From: Geosiphon pyriformis uo1
Taxonomy: Eukaryota > Fungi > Glomeromycota
DNA: 64,000 nt
Assembly: GCA_016748015.1 (NCBI GenBank)
Contig: JAAOMT010000301.1
Location: 62,001-126,000 of the forward strand
Direction: 5' to 3'
Shown here: piece by piece, positions 62,230 to 64,000 of the stretch
Layout of the letters: each line of letters starts with the position of its first letter
Position numbering within the stretch: position 1 is the first letter of the stretch
Translations under genes and position numbers: made by a program
Notes under the pieces: generated by a model
The model's database searches: none
What the model was told of the DNA's origin: nothing
What the model saw: only the letters and a program-made list of their open reading frames with translations

Positions 62230-64000
62230 AAATTATTTTTGTTCAATATAATATGATAATAAAGTTTTAAGCATAAGAAAAAATTTTATTTTATAAACCA
62301 GAATTTTTAGCCTTATATATTGATGTAAAAATAATTATATTTTTTTACATGTTTATTAATAAATATTTTACTATCTTTTTTGTTATGTATTTATCTGTTT
62401 TTTTATAATGTTTATTACCAACAAAAAATACAATTTTCAAGAATATTTCTTAAGAAATTAAAATTTTTTGGTTAATATATGTTAATATATAAAGTATTTT
62501 TTTTATGCAGTTTATTAAATTTTAATATTATTTACATTAAAACTAAAATAAAAAGACCTAATTGAATCTTATTTTAAAATTAACAATGTTTTTAAAAAAA
62601 CATAATGGTTTTTATATTTGTAATCATAAATTATTAATAACAAATATTTAATAAATTATTAAATATAATATTTTATGTATTATATTTTTTTTATGTAAAC
62701 AAACTTATTAATAATTTGTATTTGTTAACATTTTTTTATTTTTTTAAAAATATATTAAAAATATATAATTGTTGTCAAAAAAATAAAAACAAAAATTTAT
62801 TTATTTTCTTTAAATTATTATATTTTAATAAATATTATTAATTTGCTATTTTTATATAATATATACTAACTTTTTTTAATAATTTTTTTATAAAACAGTT
62901 TTTAATTTAATTAATGTTTTTTAACTTTTTTATATACAAAAACAATTTTTAATTATTTTTTAATGTATTTTATTTTGTAATATTAAATTGATTTTTATAA
63001 ATTTTTGTTTTATTTATAAATAAATACTTGTTATTTATTAATTATATATTATTGTTTTTGTTAAAAATTACATATTTATATTTTATTATAAAATTTTTTT
63101 TGGTATATATAAATATATATGTAATTTATATTATAAAAATTAATAATATATTTTAAATACTTAGTAATAATAATTTTAAAATTGATTTTGTAAAAATATT
63201 ATTTATTTATATATATAGCATATCTTTATTATAAGAATATTAAATTTTTAAATTATGTTTTTATGTATAAATTAAACTTTAATATTTGTTTAGAATTATT
63301 AAAAAAAAATTAAAATTTTGGGTTTTATTTACTAATGTTTTATTTTTGTTGTCTTTGGTTTTATATTTACTTATTTTTAGTATTTTAAATATTATATATA
63401 TTATTATATATAAAAATTTTGTTTTTAATACTTAATTTATTAAGATATTGTTAATATTATTACTAGTAGATTTTTATAATAAATTTACATAATTAAAAAC
63501 ATATTACAAAATAACTTTAAAAAAGTTTTATTTTTTTTGAATAATTTAGAAAATTTTTATAAGCAATATTAAATATTAATATTAATTAAAAAAAAATAAA
63601 AACAACAGTTTATTAATTTTAATATTAAATTCTGTGAATATTGTTTTATTTTATATCAATTAAAATATTATAATAAATATAATTTTGTTTATAATTTACT
63701 GTTATATATTATTTATTTAATTCTTAAAATTAATAAACCAATTACCAAAACCAAAAAATCAGATTTAAACTTGATTTTAGTTTAATTGCTACTTTTAAAT
63801 TCAACAAAAATTTAAATATTGCTATTAATATTAAATAATATATTATGTTCTTAAACTTATTAAAAAGCAAGAATTAAAATAATTTAACAAAAATAATAAA
63901 AAATAATGTTTAAAAAAGCTTATAATACAAATATTAAATTTAATTTAAAATATTTTAAAAAAATTTCAATAATTTTAGAATTTTATTCTCTTATTAATAT
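62230..64000. other. Extremely AT-rich tract, probable terminally mutated TE relic
   Basis: Near-pure A/T with no ORFs. Confidence 0.5.

Overview
Eukaryotic, very AT-rich fungal DNA with short spliceosomal introns. Gene style and repeat families suggest an early-diverging fungus, probably Glomeromycota (Geosiphon-like); this is inference, not verified. (1) 1-36.4 kb is a five-deep nest of decayed Ty3/Gypsy LTR retrotransposons, outermost to innermost E(-) > A(+) > B(-) > C(+) > D(-), plus a solo LTR (F) in E and another LTR (LTR0) in A. LTR ends (TGTTA...TAACA), PBS, PPT and 4-bp TSDs are resolvable wherever they fall inside the window. The elements are non-chromoviral and share one non-initiator tRNA primer. 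B and D carry a Cys-rich domain and a dUTPase between protease and RT. All four elements whose 3' end is visible carry a conserved non-env third ORF after pol. (2) 36.5-40.1, 49.8-55.0 and 62.2-64.0 kb hold non-LTR relics, including two ~2.3-2.4 kb ORF1-only (HAL1-like) elements sharing a 3' tail with a LINE fragment, and near-pure AT tracts. (3) Two compact, CpG-retaining gene islands: PDK/BCKDK-family kinase, TSR1, LTO1, PEX8; and a secreted, probably GPI-anchored protein with a defensin-like Cys motif, a paxillin-like LIM protein and an Srk1/Rck2-type kinase. Repeats, but not genes, show heavy transition-only C>T/G>A mutation on both strands in all dinucleotide contexts, resembling RIP. All alignments and counts were done by eye.
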